From Candidatus Thorarchaeota archaeon (GTDB lineage: Archaea; Asgardarchaeota; Thorarchaeia; Thorarchaeales; Thorarchaeaceae): DNA of 64,000 nucleotides. Location: assembly GCA_029855935.1 (NCBI GenBank), contig JAGSHN010000012.1:160001-224000 (forward strand). The letters are read 5' to 3'. Positions 36,797 to 47,256 of this stretch are shown in pieces; position 1 is the stretch's first letter; every line of letters begins with the position of its first letter. Under the pieces are notes generated by a model that was given only the letters and a program-made list of their open reading frames with translations, made no database searches and was not told the DNA's origin. The position numbers and the translations under genes are program-made.

Positions 36797-37939
36797 GTGA
36801 TGGACTCCTGCGCGGCAAGGGATACTCAATTGAGTGGACCAGACAGACCTCTCAGGATAGGACTGATTGGGACCGGCAATATTGGCCGCACACACCTCAC
36901 TGCGCTCGCCTCTCTGGCGCACGCCGGGCTCGTCAATGTCCGGGTGACAGCGCTCTGCGATATCGACAAGGAGGCTCTCGAATCTGCCGCTCAGCTCTTC
37001 GATGTACGGCGTACGTACACCGACTATCAGGACCTTGTCTCTAGTGATGACGTGGATGTTGTATACGTCTGCACACCGACCAATCGTCATAGCGATATGG
37101 TGAAGGCTGCTGCTCGGGCGGGCAAGGCCGTGTTCTGTGAGAAGCCACTGGCCCACAGCTGTCCTCAGGCGCGTGATATGCTTGCTGTGACTCAGGACAG
37201 GGGCGTCCACGCTGGCGTCGGCCTAGTTCTTCGTTACGACCAGCTATTGGTGTATGCTCGTGACTTGATTCAGAACAACGACTTTGGAGAGCCTCTCCTC
37301 GTCCACATTCGTGACGATCAGCGATTCCCCATTGACTATCTGTACTACAGCAAGTGGCGCGGCGAGAAGGCTATAGCGGGCGGGGGGACTCTACTGGAGC
37401 ACAGTATCCATGATGTTGACCTTCTTCTCTGGTTCTTTGGTAATATCGAGAACGTCTATGCCCGCGTGGGATTCAGATCCGAACGCGAGGTCGAGGACAT
37501 TGCCAGTGTGAGCCTTCGGCATACGAGTGGTCTTTTGAGCACACTTGATTCTGTCTGGCACTGGGTGGAACGACCAAACGAGAGACTGCTGGAGATGTTC
37601 TTCGAGCGTGGCTACATCGCGATTCATCTTGAGTCGGGCGACAGATTCCTTGAGTACCAGCTACAGGGATCCACGCCCGTCAGGGTCGGTGTCAGGCAGG
37701 CCGATGATGCCCTGATGCGCCAGCTGAATCTCGACAGGTCATCGCTCTCGCAGGAGGCTATGGACGCCATCACACGGGTCGGACCGGAGAGATATGCGGC
37801 ACTGAACTATGCGTTTTTGAGGTCAATCTCAAGGAATGAGGGTCCGTCGCCCTCTTTTGCCGATGCGATAGCAGCGCACCGTGTCGTTGATGCTGCGTAC
37901 GAATCAGCGAATCTGAACCGTCCCGTTGACCTGTTGTAG
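36797..37939 (+). CDS. Gfo/Idh/MocA family oxidoreductase
   Basis: IGLIGTG.IG..H, DVVYVCTP...H, GK.VFCEKP, GGG.L..HSIH..D. Confidence 0.92.
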   Translation: MMDSCAARDTQLSGPDRPLRIGLIGTGNIGRTHLTALASLAHAGLVNVRVTALCDIDKEALESAAQLFDVRRTYTDYQDLVSSDDVDVVYVCTPTNRHSDMVKAAARAGKAVFCEKPLAHSCPQARDMLAVTQDRGVHAGVGLVLRYDQLLVYARDLIQNNDFGEPLLVHIRDDQRFPIDYLYYSKWRGEKAIAGGGTLLEHSIHDVDLLLWFFGNIENVYARVGFRSEREVEDIASVSLRHTSGLLSTLDSVWHWVERPNERLLEMFFERGYIAIHLESGDRFLEYQLQGSTPVRVGVRQADDALMRQLNLDRSSLSQEAMDAITRVGPERYAALNYAFLRSISRNEGPSPSFADAIAAHRVVDAAYESANLNRPVDLL

Positions 37940-37983
37940 TCAGGCTTAAGTATTGCTCGAGTAATGAGAGGCTGGTCGTTGCG

Positions 37984-39360
37984 ATGAGAGAGATCCCACT
38001 CGCGAAGGTCAGCCCGGAGGAGTACGATGTCATTGTTGCAGGGGCTGGCGCAGGAGGACTGCTCACGGGTCTGGCCCTGACGGGTAGCGGGAAGAGAGTT
38101 CTCGTGATTGAACGTTCCGACCGCCTGGGTGGGGTGTGGCACGGATACTGGGTGGATGGCTATCGTGTCGACCAAGGCCTGCACGTCATCACTCGGGTGA
38201 CACGGGGCGCCTTCACACAGTTCCTGAGAGAGTTTCTGCCCGAGCCACCGAAGTATGTTCTGCATGAGGGCTGGTATTTCAGAGTAGGGGATCGTGTCGC
38301 GACCATTCCGACGAGCATTGGTCAGACTCTTCGCTGGCCGCTGACGGATCTGAGAGGTCGTCTCGCCCTTGCGCGGGTCGGGGCCAAGATCAAGACAATG
38401 AAGCTTGAAGAGATGAAGCGGTACAAGGACATCACGTTTGCGGAGTTCCTTGATCACCATAACATGACGAACCAGACGATTCGCGATGTTATTGAGAGCG
38501 CTATCTATCTTGCCGCTGGAGTGGGTATTGACAAGGCGTCTGCATACGAGGCGTTGCGTACGCTCAAGGACACGGATAGGGAGCAGTCCAAACTGGCCTT
38601 GCTCCGAAGGCTGCTGTTTGGCTCTCTGGAGTATGATGAGGGCTACGTCATAGGAGGAATGATCGGGCTTGTGGAGAAGGTTGCTGAGGCAATCAACGGA
38701 GACTACGTCCTCAATGCCCCTGTTGAGGCCATAGTGGAGCGTGATGGGCGTGTGACTGGCATCGAGGTGGCAGGCGACGAGATTCGGCACGAGCGGGTGG
38801 TCTCGAACATTCCCCTCTGGAGCATGCCCTCGATAGTGCAGTCTCAGCGCAACGATGTCGTGAACTTCTTTGAGCGATGGAGTCATATGCATATGACCCG
38901 AGGCGTGACCCTCTGGCTCGGTCTGGATGAGGTGGTGGTCGGCGACCGCAAGTCTCGTGTGATTGTTCACCCACGGCCAAGCCGGTGGTTGGTCTCAATA
39001 TCAAGCTTTGACCCGTCATGCGTGCCTGACGGAAAGGAACTCGTCGCGATAGCCACGATCGCCCATCCTGATCTCAGTCTCGATGAGCACGTAGAGATGA
39101 TCAAAGGCGGTGGACTGGAGAAGTATTATCCGCGGATACTAGAGCATGTTGAGATGGAGCATGCACAGATGTCATATGCGACGAGAGCGGCCTTGATCCC
39201 GGGCCAGACCGATCTTGACCGGCCCGGTCCTCGCACCCCGATTCGGGGGCTGTACATAGTTGGCACGGACACGGCTGGGGCTGGTGTGGGACTGCAGCAG
39301 GCGGCCAATTCGGCAAGAGGCGTCGTCAGGGCAGTTCTTGATGATATGTCAGGTCTATGA
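37984..39360 (+). CDS. FAD-dependent oxidoreductase (phytoene dehydrogenase-like)
   Basis: DVIV.GAG.GGL, E....GG.......DGY..D.G.H, RP..RTPI.GLY.VG. Confidence 0.85.
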   Translation: MREIPLAKVSPEEYDVIVAGAGAGGLLTGLALTGSGKRVLVIERSDRLGGVWHGYWVDGYRVDQGLHVITRVTRGAFTQFLREFLPEPPKYVLHEGWYFRVGDRVATIPTSIGQTLRWPLTDLRGRLALARVGAKIKTMKLEEMKRYKDITFAEFLDHHNMTNQTIRDVIESAIYLAAGVGIDKASAYEALRTLKDTDREQSKLALLRRLLFGSLEYDEGYVIGGMIGLVEKVAEAINGDYVLNAPVEAIVERDGRVTGIEVAGDEIRHERVVSNIPLWSMPSIVQSQRNDVVNFFERWSHMHMTRGVTLWLGLDEVVVGDRKSRVIVHPRPSRWLVSISSFDPSCVPDGKELVAIATIAHPDLSLDEHVEMIKGGGLEKYYPRILEHVEMEHAQMSYATRAALIPGQTDLDRPGPRTPIRGLYIVGTDTAGAGVGLQQAANSARGVVRAVLDDMSGL

Positions 39361-39464
39361 GCATAGCACGCCTCCGCGTCTTGTTCGATACAACGAAAAG
39401 GTTTTACACCTGTGGGAGAGGCTTGTGGTCGACCGGCAAGGTCAACGTGAAGGAGTCTTGAGCG

Positions 39465-40022
39465 ATGCCAGTTATTGAGGTCCGATGGCACGGCAGAGGC
39501 GGACAGGGCGGTGTGACCTCTGCAGAGCTGCTTGCCAAGGCAGCGTACTACGATGGCTACAAGGGTGTTCAGGCCTTTCCATACTTCGGAGCCGAGCGGC
39601 GTGGTGCGCCCGTCAAGGCGTTCACAAGGATATCAGACAAAGAGATCAACGTTCGCAGTCAGATATACGATCCTGACGTTGTGGCAGTACTGGATGCCAG
39701 CATTCTCGATTTGATTGATGTGACGGAGGGTCTCAAGCCCAACGGCAAAGTGATTGTCAACACGCCCAAGAAACCCAGCGAGATTAGCGTGAAGCGTGGC
39801 CACGTGTACACATACGATGGTACTGGTATTGCCCTACGATACGGGCTGATGGTCGCCGGTCTGCCCGTTGTAAACACCACTATGCTTGGCGCCTTTGCGA
39901 AGGCCACTGGCCTGGTAAGATTGGAAACGGTCCAGAAGGTCATAAAGGAGAAGTGGCCGGGCCCTGTGGGCGAGAGGAACGCCGAGGGGGCCCGTGAGGC
40001 GTACGAGACCTGCACAGACTAG
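39465..40022 (+). CDS. porG: 2-oxoacid:ferredoxin oxidoreductase gamma subunit
   Basis: E.RWHGRGGQG.VT, QAFP.FGAERRGAPV.AF.RIS, NT.MLGA. Confidence 0.93.
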   Translation: MPVIEVRWHGRGGQGGVTSAELLAKAAYYDGYKGVQAFPYFGAERRGAPVKAFTRISDKEINVRSQIYDPDVVAVLDASILDLIDVTEGLKPNGKVIVNTPKKPSEISVKRGHVYTYDGTGIALRYGLMVAGLPVVNTTMLGAFAKATGLVRLETVQKVIKEKWPGPVGERNAEGAREAYETCTD

Positions 40023-40044
40023 ATTGCGCCAACAGTTCTTTGGA

Positions 40045-40830
40045 CTACGCATACATTCTCTCGTAGGCGGGAGTACCAACTTCCCTACGCGGCCGCCTCA
40101 TGCTCTCTACCTGTCGGGCCATCTCTTCCATCTTCTTTCTTATCTGATCCGCACTCTCCACAAGCTCGCTGACGTCGATGTCGAACCCGTAGAGCCTGTT
40201 CAGTGCTTGCAGGAGTTGCACTGCTGCTCCAGGATCTGGCACAATCGCTATTGCCGGTGTCAGCAGAGCAAATCCAACCATGTCCCTACAGAGTGTTTCT
40301 GAGAGGATAGAGCCCGCGATGCCAGCTATCAGGCCCTTCTTGAACATCTCCAGCTCGGGGTCCTTCTCAAGCTCCGGAATCTTCTCCTCCTCCGCCGCGA
40401 ACAACACCTTCCTATCTGTCGGTAGGCCCTCAACAGGAATACCGTCAAGGACGACGGTCTCTCTCACTCCGACCTGCCACGCCCAGTCCAGCAGCGCCGA
40501 GCTCACCGCGTACATCCCCTCCTCGGCCACGGGAAGCTCCGTGGTGGCGACCAGTAGATTCTTCCCCTCATGTCCGTAGATTCGGAATGGATGTCTGAGC
40601 CGCCCGTCCAGAAATATCGCCGCAGATGGAATGTACTTGGAGCGGACATGCGCAATCTCAGTCATCTTGAACTGCTCGATGATTGTGTTGGCGGCTATTA
40701 TCCCGACCACTCCAGCGCTGGGAAAGCAACACACAAGGAGCGGTTCATCGATATTCAGTGTCTTGGTCTGTACGACCTTTGCCTCTGGTGAGCCGAGGAC
40801 TTTGGTCTCGCACTCTTCGGTCATTATCAT
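40045..40830 (-). CDS. proteasome assembly chaperone (PAC2 family)
   Basis: FP..G.VG.IA, P.RIY, G.I.GI.G..L, PDP.AA..L...L......D...L.E.A..I; C-terminus ends MYA (HbYX-like). Confidence 0.88.
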   Translation of the reverse strand: MIMTEECETKVLGSPEAKVVQTKTLNIDEPLLVCCFPSAGVVGIIAANTIIEQFKMTEIAHVRSKYIPSAAIFLDGRLRHPFRIYGHEGKNLLVATTELPVAEEGMYAVSSALLDWAWQVGVRETVVLDGIPVEGLPTDRKVLFAAEEEKIPELEKDPELEMFKKGLIAGIAGSILSETLCRDMVGFALLTPAIAIVPDPGAAVQLLQALNRLYGFDIDVSELVESADQIRKKMEEMARQVESMRRPRREVGTPAYERMYA

Positions 40831-40943
40831 TAGCCCACCTAATGACAGGGTCCCCAAGCGATATTAAGATTGGGTCTTGGTTATGCGATGAGTGATGCGG
40901 TGGATTAGTAAGGCGGTATAGTGCTATTGTTCGTGATGGCCCT

Positions 40944-42107
40944 ATGAAACTGCGTACCCGGAACATCAGACCGCCTCCGATAGTGCAGTTGATGCGTGCT
41001 GCCCAGCCGCTCGTGGGCTCTCCATCGTTCGTCAACATGGGACAGGGTGCGCCAGGACACATCCCGCCGCGAAATGTCCTTGATGCTCTGGCTGATCAGA
41101 TTCACAGTCCGTTTCTCCACGGGTATACTGCTGACCAGGGTCTCCTCGAACTGCGTGAAGAGCTGGCTCTCTATCTCCGGAGGGCTCATGAGGTTCATGC
41201 CGACCCCGAAGACGAGATTGTCATCACTGCGGGGGGGAATCAGGCACTTGCCGGCGCCCTGATGACGATTGTTGAGCCCGGGGACAACGTCATAGTCCTG
41301 GACCCGTACTACTTCAACTCGTACATGGCCATTCAGCTGACTGGTGCCACCCCCCGAGCCGTACCTGTCGAGACTGACTTTCAGCCCTCCGTCGAGTCTG
41401 TGAGCGAGGCCGTCGACGAGCACACCCGTGCCATCGTGATGGTTTCTCCAAACAACCCAACTGGCGCGGTCTATTCAGAGGATGTCGTGAACGGTCTGGT
41501 CGACCTGTGTCTTGAGAGGGGCGTGTTCCTGATCTCCGATGAGACTTACGCCCGGTTTGTATACGATGATATGATACATCACAGTCCGAGAAGACGACGA
41601 GACGCAGAGGAGAATGTCATCCTTCTTGGCAGCTTTTCGAAGGACTTTGGAATTCCTGGCTGGCGTGTGGGATATGTGGTCGCGAGTTCCTCGTTCGTGC
41701 AGGAATATATGAAGGTGCAGGACACGGTCACGATATGCGCCCCAACGGCCGGACAGGTCCTCGCCCTTGAGATGTTGCGTAGGGGGGAGGATCACGTTCT
41801 GACTGAGGTGGCACGCATTGGGCGTCTGAGACGCATTGCGTACTCACGTGCATCTGAGATCGATGCGCTTGAAACAGTGCGGACCTCTGGCACATTCTAT
41901 CTATTCCCCAGGGTGCGGGGATGCGCGGACTCGCAGAAGTTGGTCCTTGACATCCTTGAGAAGACCTCTGTGCTGGTGCTGCCTGGGTCCGTCTTTGGAG
42001 AGGCTGGCGAGGGTCACCTGAGAATATCTATCGCACATCTCACCTCTGAGGCCATCAATGAGGCCTTTGACCGCCTGGGGCGATTCTTCTCAGTCTACGG
42101 GCCCTAG
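40944..42107 (+). CDS. class I/II PLP-dependent aminotransferase
   Basis: G..ELRE, IT.GG..A, SPNNPTG, SDE.Y, SFSK.FG.PGWR.GY, PGS.FG..GEG..R.S. Confidence 0.92.
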   Translation: MKLRTRNIRPPPIVQLMRAAQPLVGSPSFVNMGQGAPGHIPPRNVLDALADQIHSPFLHGYTADQGLLELREELALYLRRAHEVHADPEDEIVITAGGNQALAGALMTIVEPGDNVIVLDPYYFNSYMAIQLTGATPRAVPVETDFQPSVESVSEAVDEHTRAIVMVSPNNPTGAVYSEDVVNGLVDLCLERGVFLISDETYARFVYDDMIHHSPRRRRDAEENVILLGSFSKDFGIPGWRVGYVVASSSFVQEYMKVQDTVTICAPTAGQVLALEMLRRGEDHVLTEVARIGRLRRIAYSRASEIDALETVRTSGTFYLFPRVRGCADSQKLVLDILEKTSVLVLPGSVFGEAGEGHLRISIAHLTSEAINEAFDRLGRFFSVYGP

Positions 42108-42109
42108 GT

Positions 42110-43417
42110 TCACGCGCTGAGGTACTTCTCCCACTCCCAGTCCGTGACGGCCCGGTTGACATACTCCTCCCACTCCCTCGACTTGATGTCTATGAAGACT
42201 CTGACCAGCTCTTCTCCAAGTGCATCCCTGAGAACGGTGTCCATCTTGAGTTCCTCAAGGGCCTCGCCAAGATTCTTTGGCAACACCCCTATTCCGAGCC
42301 TCTGACGTTCTGTTTCGTTCATTGTGAAGACATTGTCATTTACGGCCGGAGGCGGCTCCAAGTTTCGCTTGACGCCATCCATTCCTACTGCTATCAGAGC
42401 CGCGAACAGCAGGTAGGGGTTGGTGAGCGGGTCTGGTGAGCGGAACTCGATGGCCGCCTTGTCGGGACCAGCAAAGAGTGGTACCCTGATTAATGCGGTG
42501 CGGTTCCTGTAGCCCCAGCAGATGTATACGGGGGCCTCGTGATGGGGCACGAGCCTCTTGTAGGAGTTCACGGTCGGATTCGAGATGGCCGTGATCGCCC
42601 TCGCGTGCTCGATGATCCCTGCGATGAAGTGCTTGGCAGTCTCGGAGAGTTCCCCGGGCCTATCGCCGCCGAAGAGGTTCGTGTCGCCCTCCCATAGCTG
42701 CAGGTGGCAATGGAGACCACTGCCCGCAATGTCTGCAATGGGCTTGGGCATGAATGTGACATCTAGGCCGTTCTCCTGCGCAATCGCACGGGCGACCTGT
42801 TTGAAACGTACGAAACTATCAGCCATCCGCCGTGCGTCATCGGATGACAGTTCAATCTCATGTTGTGCCACTCCGACCTCGTGATGAGCAACTCTGACGC
42901 GGATTCCCATCTCCCGGACAGCCGATGCTATCTCAAGCAGCGTGTCCTGCCCTGGCGCGTCAGGATAGATGTCTGCGTATTGCCCCTCGTCGAGTAGGTC
43001 CCCCTCTGAGTCGAGGAAAAAGAACTCGGGCTCTGTCTTGACCCTCAGATGTAGTTCACCCGGTAGGAGCCTGTCATACGCAGTCTGCAACACACCTCTT
43101 GTGTCCAGATGGTAGTACGTGTCTGCAGCGTCTGCCTTTCTCTGGACATAGCACATCACGGCAGCAGTCCTCTGTAGGCCGAAGGGCAGCTCGACAAGAG
43201 TGTCGACGTCAGGCCGGAGGTGCAGGTCTGAGGACTCGACTGAGGTGAGTCCGACTATTGAACTACCATCCACACTTGATCCTGCTGATAGAACAGGGTC
43301 GTCTTGCAGGTCGTCCAGCGACTCCACGGGACTACATGGGACGATGACACCCTTCAACTGACCAAGGAGGTCGACGAGCTGGAGCACTACGTATGAGATC
43401 TCGTGGGCCATTGGCAC
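42110..43417 (-). CDS. glutamine synthetase family protein
   Basis: DGSS, SD..L.PD, EPEFF, HHEV...QHEI, TFMPKP, GSG.H.H, NSYKRLVP..EAP, NR.A.IRVP, E.RSPD...NPYL. Confidence 0.9.
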   Translation of the reverse strand: MPMAHEISYVVLQLVDLLGQLKGVIVPCSPVESLDDLQDDPVLSAGSSVDGSSIVGLTSVESSDLHLRPDVDTLVELPFGLQRTAAVMCYVQRKADAADTYYHLDTRGVLQTAYDRLLPGELHLRVKTEPEFFFLDSEGDLLDEGQYADIYPDAPGQDTLLEIASAVREMGIRVRVAHHEVGVAQHEIELSSDDARRMADSFVRFKQVARAIAQENGLDVTFMPKPIADIAGSGLHCHLQLWEGDTNLFGGDRPGELSETAKHFIAGIIEHARAITAISNPTVNSYKRLVPHHEAPVYICWGYRNRTALIRVPLFAGPDKAAIEFRSPDPLTNPYLLFAALIAVGMDGVKRNLEPPPAVNDNVFTMNETERQRLGIGVLPKNLGEALEELKMDTVLRDALGEELVRVFIDIKSREWEEYVNRAVTDWEWEKYLSA

Positions 43418-43508
43418 AACGCTCCATTGAGAGGTGGACCAATAGAGCGCGGTCTCTCCTTTTTTAACCTGTCCATCGCTTCAAGAAGCTCGCTCAGACG
43501 CGGGAACA

Positions 43509-43823
43509 TCATCCCCATATGGTCCTGAACCATTCCTCCGCGTCCTTTCCGAACTCGAGCCTGATTGACCCACTTACGACGCTCGGTTCTTCATCTCCCT
43601 TCACAATCTCGAAGTTCATTGCTGCTATTCTCACAGCCTTCTTCTCAAGCCACATATTGCCGATGTTGCGCGCGTGAATGCGGACTGTTCTCTTGTCGTC
43701 GGATATCTGTAGTAGGAGGTCCTCGTAGACCACGTCGGCCTTCATCTTGAACTTCGATTCGCGGAAGTCCCCCATGTGGGTTTCAAGGTTGAAGAACTCG
43801 GCCTTGACCTTCTCCGCTCTCAT
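43509..43823 (-). CDS. small hypothetical protein, PH-domain-like
   Basis: All-beta pattern ending in IRLEF...AEEWF..I, like the Trp-containing terminal helix of PH domains. Confidence 0.6.
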   Translation of the reverse strand: MRAEKVKAEFFNLETHMGDFRESKFKMKADVVYEDLLLQISDDKRTVRIHARNIGNMWLEKKAVRIAAMNFEIVKGDEEPSVVSGSIRLEFGKDAEEWFRTIWG

Positions 43824-43941
43824 TGCAAATCACTTGAGCAGGGGTGATGATGCCCTCTTAAGACTGACGACAGGCCTGCACATCGCTGCTACAGGCTTTG
43901 TGGCCACAACACAGAAACGTTAGAACATCATACTCCTTGAT

Positions 43942-44766
43942 GTGCAGCACATTCCTGAGGGCATTCACATAGGTACTAGCGGATGGTCCTATCCTGATGA
44001 CTGGGTAGGAGTCTTCTATCAGTCACGAGACTCGCTATTGCAGCAGTATCTGAGATATTTCTACACGGCCGAGATCAACTCGACCTTCTACGCTTTGCCA
44101 CAGCGGGGTTTCATTCGTCACCTGTCTCAGATTGAGAGTCCACGTGTATTCTTCTCAGCGAAACTCCCACGCGCTATCACTCACGATGCACGTCTCGTTC
44201 TGCAAGGCGAGGACGCACAGGTGATACACAGATTCTTCGACCTGATGCGTCCTCTTGCTGACAGACTTGCCTGTCTTCTAATCCAGCTGCCGCCATGGCC
44301 TCGTACCAAGATGGGCGACCTTGAGCAGTTTCTCTCCTCACTTGATGAGACTTTCAGGTATGCCATAGAGTTTAGGCATCACAGTTGGCTGGTCCCGGAG
44401 GTTCGCAAGGTGATTGAGGCATACAACATCGCTCAGGTTGTTGTGGACGAGCCTCTCTTGCCCGTCGACCTGACCGTCACCACAGACTTCGCGTATGTCC
44501 GATGGCACGGCCATGGTACCCGTATCTGGTACGACTATCGATACTCTACGGAGGAGCTCCAGCAGTGGGTCCCGCGTTTCAATGCTCTGCTCGATCAGGT
44601 CGGTACTGTTCTCGGGTATTTCAACAATCACTTCGAGGGCAATGCCGCTGTGAATGCACTTGAGATGCTTCATCTCCTCGGCTTGGCGAACAAGCTACAG
44701 GAGGCAAAGCTGGCACGAATGCATCGTCAGATGTCAGTTGATCAGACAACACTGGATGATCACTGA
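43942..44766 (+). CDS. DUF72 (UPF0759/YecE) family protein
   Basis: IGTSGWSY..W.G.FY, EINSTFY..P, QLPP, EFRH.SW, Y.R.HG, Y.YS..EL..W, YFNN...G.A..NA. Confidence 0.92.
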   Translation: MQHIPEGIHIGTSGWSYPDDWVGVFYQSRDSLLQQYLRYFYTAEINSTFYALPQRGFIRHLSQIESPRVFFSAKLPRAITHDARLVLQGEDAQVIHRFFDLMRPLADRLACLLIQLPPWPRTKMGDLEQFLSSLDETFRYAIEFRHHSWLVPEVRKVIEAYNIAQVVVDEPLLPVDLTVTTDFAYVRWHGHGTRIWYDYRYSTEELQQWVPRFNALLDQVGTVLGYFNNHFEGNAAVNALEMLHLLGLANKLQEAKLARMHRQMSVDQTTLDDH

Positions 44767-44862
44767 TGACCACGTTTCATGTGGCGTCTGAGAGCCTCCT
44801 CACTGCCATCTCTCTCGAAACTCTAATAAGCCGAGCCCAGGTAGCGCGCGTCGGTGAGTTGG

Positions 44863-45069
44863 ATGGAAGAGGTCACAGAGGTCGCTATGGTCAAGTCGCC
44901 CGGTGACGGACGACGGCGCACGGGGCGGGGCTTCAGCCCAGGCGAGCTTAAGGAGGTCGGCCTCCGAGTGAGAGAGGCCCGTCGAAGAGGACTGCCCGTG
45001 GACCATCGCAGGAAGAGTGTCCATCCTGAGAACGTAGATGCGTTGCGTTCTTTCCTGTCGGAATCGTGA
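44863..45069 (+). CDS. rpl13e: 50S ribosomal protein L13e
   Basis: R.GRGFS.GEL..VGL....AR..G..VD.RR.S.H.ENV..L. Confidence 0.92.
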   Translation: MEEVTEVAMVKSPGDGRRRTGRGFSPGELKEVGLRVREARRRGLPVDHRRKSVHPENVDALRSFLSES

Positions 45070-46175
45070 GCTACGGCCACCGTGGGTCGGCTCGCGTCAG
45101 AGATGGACTCTGTGAGTTGGTCATCTTGACCGCTCCCACGACACTGCTCGAGGTGCTGTGCAACCCACCGGTTGTCCAGCGTCCTGTCATCATGCCTGAC
45201 TTCTTTGTCGATCATTTTGTCATTGGTGAATCGCTGGACGCCTTCATTGAGGGACTTAGACGTCTTGCTCAACAGGGCGGGGGCAATCTGATTGGCACCC
45301 GGCATATGTTGCGCCGAGGAGGGAACTCGGTCAACACCGCGTCGGCCCTGCTTCGACTCGGGGCTGATCCTGTGCTGATTGTGAAGACGAGCGCGCAGGG
45401 CCTATCACTGCTGAGAGCGCTCGTTGACCCGAATCTTGATCTATCGCACGTCAAGGCCACCGGGGCCCTCTCGTCGACTGTCTCGATTGAGCTGAACTAT
45501 GAGGACAGGCGGGTCAACTTGATGGTGAGCGACAGTGGCTCCGCGCGAGACTTCTCCATTCGTGACCTCACCGACTACGATGTCGGAGCCATTCGCGAGG
45601 CGGGGCTTGTTGCACTCTTATGCCTCAATCATAACGCGGACCCTGCACAGCTGGCGAACGACCTGTTCAGCCTCGTTCGTTCAGAGTCACAGGCGATGAC
45701 GTTCATGGACATTGGTGATCCCTCTGGACGGCCGGACATACTGCATCCTCTGCTCAGAAATGTCCTTGCTGAGGGTCTCGTGGACATCCTGAGCATCAAT
45801 GAGAACGAGATAGTCTGGCTTGCCCGAGCGATGGGTCGTGACCTCTCGTGGCAATCTGATGATGCGACGCTCCGTATGACTGGAGATGACATCTCTGAGG
45901 AGCTTGGCGTTCGAATCGACCTTCACACCCGAGGCTTTGTGTCGACGCATTGGAACGGAGAGGCTGTCCAAGTTGACACATTTCCTGTGGAGCCCCAAGT
46001 CACCTGTGGTGCGGGCGATGCGTGGAATGCGGGTGACATCTATGGATACCTGCTTCGTCTGGAGGTTTCGGACAGGCTGATGCTTGCCAATGCCGTTGCA
46101 GCACTGTACGTTTCATCCTCAGATGCCACTCATCCAACTAGGGAAGAGATCATCGAGTTCCTGACGGGAAGATGA
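45066..46175 (+). CDS. PfkB family carbohydrate kinase
   Basis: [23 protein letters not shown]. Start uncertain. Confidence 0.85.
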   Translation: MSYGHRGSARVRDGLCELVILTAPTTLLEVLCNPPVVQRPVIMPDFFVDHFVIGESLDAFIEGLRRLAQQGGGNLIGTRHMLRRGGNSVNTASALLRLGADPVLIVKTSAQGLSLLRALVDPNLDLSHVKATGALSSTVSIELNYEDRRVNLMVSDSGSARDFSIRDLTDYDVGAIREAGLVALLCLNHNADPAQLANDLFSLVRSESQAMTFMDIGDPSGRPDILHPLLRNVLAEGLVDILSINENEIVWLARAMGRDLSWQSDDATLRMTGDDISEELGVRIDLHTRGFVSTHWNGEAVQVDTFPVEPQVTCGAGDAWNAGDIYGYLLRLEVSDRLMLANAVAALYVSSSDATHPTREEIIEFLTGR

Positions 46176-46311
46176 GGCTGCTGCTCAAGGCGGGCGAGTC
46201 CTCAGCGGCCTCATTGGCGTTGTTTCTGCAAGCGCGGTACGGCAGTCTGCGATGCTCGTGGTGGCAAGTTTCATATGTCGGATGTCATAGTTCCCCGCGT
46301 ATGCTGAGGAA

Positions 46312-47241
46312 ATGTCTCAGGCGGAGCGGCCCAGGATGGACTTGGAACGTGCTCTGACCAAGCTCAGATACGACGACGAGGTCAGTGGATACGCTCTCAT
46401 CACCAACGATGGCGAGCCGTTCCTGTCCTTCTCGCTGCCTGAGGAGATACTCCCCAGTATCCGCGGTGCGATGAAGATACACTCTACATCCTTGAAGCTA
46501 ATGAACATCATGGCCGGCCCCTGGACAGTTGTCTTGGCTCGCGTCAATCCTGACTGGGTCCTTGCGACGGTCTTTGCAGAGGTGCAGTTGGGTATTGCGC
46601 TCCAGAAGACGCGCGATGTAGTGCGTCTTCTTGAACAGGTGAAGCTGCCTCCGCCCCCGTCTGCAAGACCTGCAGAATCGGCTGCTGAGGTCCCAACGAC
46701 CGCTGAGGCCCCGGGGGCAACGGAGCCAGCACTATCTGAAGAGCCCGCGGTCGCTCCCGCTAAGAAGACAAGGGTGACTCACGGTTGTGTGGTACATCGC
46801 GGACCGAGGTACGCCGAGGCGATGCGTCTGGGATCGGAGTTGAACCACAGGCTGCGTGATCTTGGAGCGTTCGCCATTGATGTCCTGCTCCTTGTCGACG
46901 AGGAGCGGACCGTGTTCAAGATTGCAGAGACCCTTGCAAGGTCTGTTGACAAGGTCATCGAGGTCGTGCGCTGGTCTGTATCGAACCAGATTGTCACCGT
47001 GGAGTGCCCGGAGGAACAGGAGTCTGGCGAGCGTGTCATTGTCGAGGTCCCCATCTTTGAGGGCGAGCTAAGCAAGGCCAAAGCTGAGCACAGGCCTGTC
47101 CTGGAGCTCTGCAAAGGGGAGTTGACTCTCAATGAGATTGCCAATCAACTCGGGATGACATACTTTGAGGCAATGCAGTGCATCCTTCCGTACCGCGGCA
47201 AGACTCTACGCTTTGTTAGCACCAGTCGTGTAGTTTCGTAG
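46312..47241 (+). CDS. roadblock/LC7 domain + linker + two winged-helix domains (copy 1)
   Basis: L..L.....V.GY.LI..DG.P..S ... V.LG.AL roadblock pattern; Pro/Ala/Glu linker; LVD..RTV..IA and LC.G..T..EIA..LG helices. Confidence 0.75.
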   Translation: MSQAERPRMDLERALTKLRYDDEVSGYALITNDGEPFLSFSLPEEILPSIRGAMKIHSTSLKLMNIMAGPWTVVLARVNPDWVLATVFAEVQLGIALQKTRDVVRLLEQVKLPPPPSARPAESAAEVPTTAEAPGATEPALSEEPAVAPAKKTRVTHGCVVHRGPRYAEAMRLGSELNHRLRDLGAFAIDVLLLVDEERTVFKIAETLARSVDKVIEVVRWSVSNQIVTVECPEEQESGERVIVEVPIFEGELSKAKAEHRPVLELCKGELTLNEIANQLGMTYFEAMQCILPYRGKTLRFVSTSRVVS

Positions 47242-47256
47242 TGGAGGTGACGAGAG

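Noticed and set aside
43844-43867. GTGATGA...CTGA resembling a box C/D sRNA
   Set aside because: Only one C/D pair with no second guide unit, and it overlaps the promoter region of the 43823 gene.
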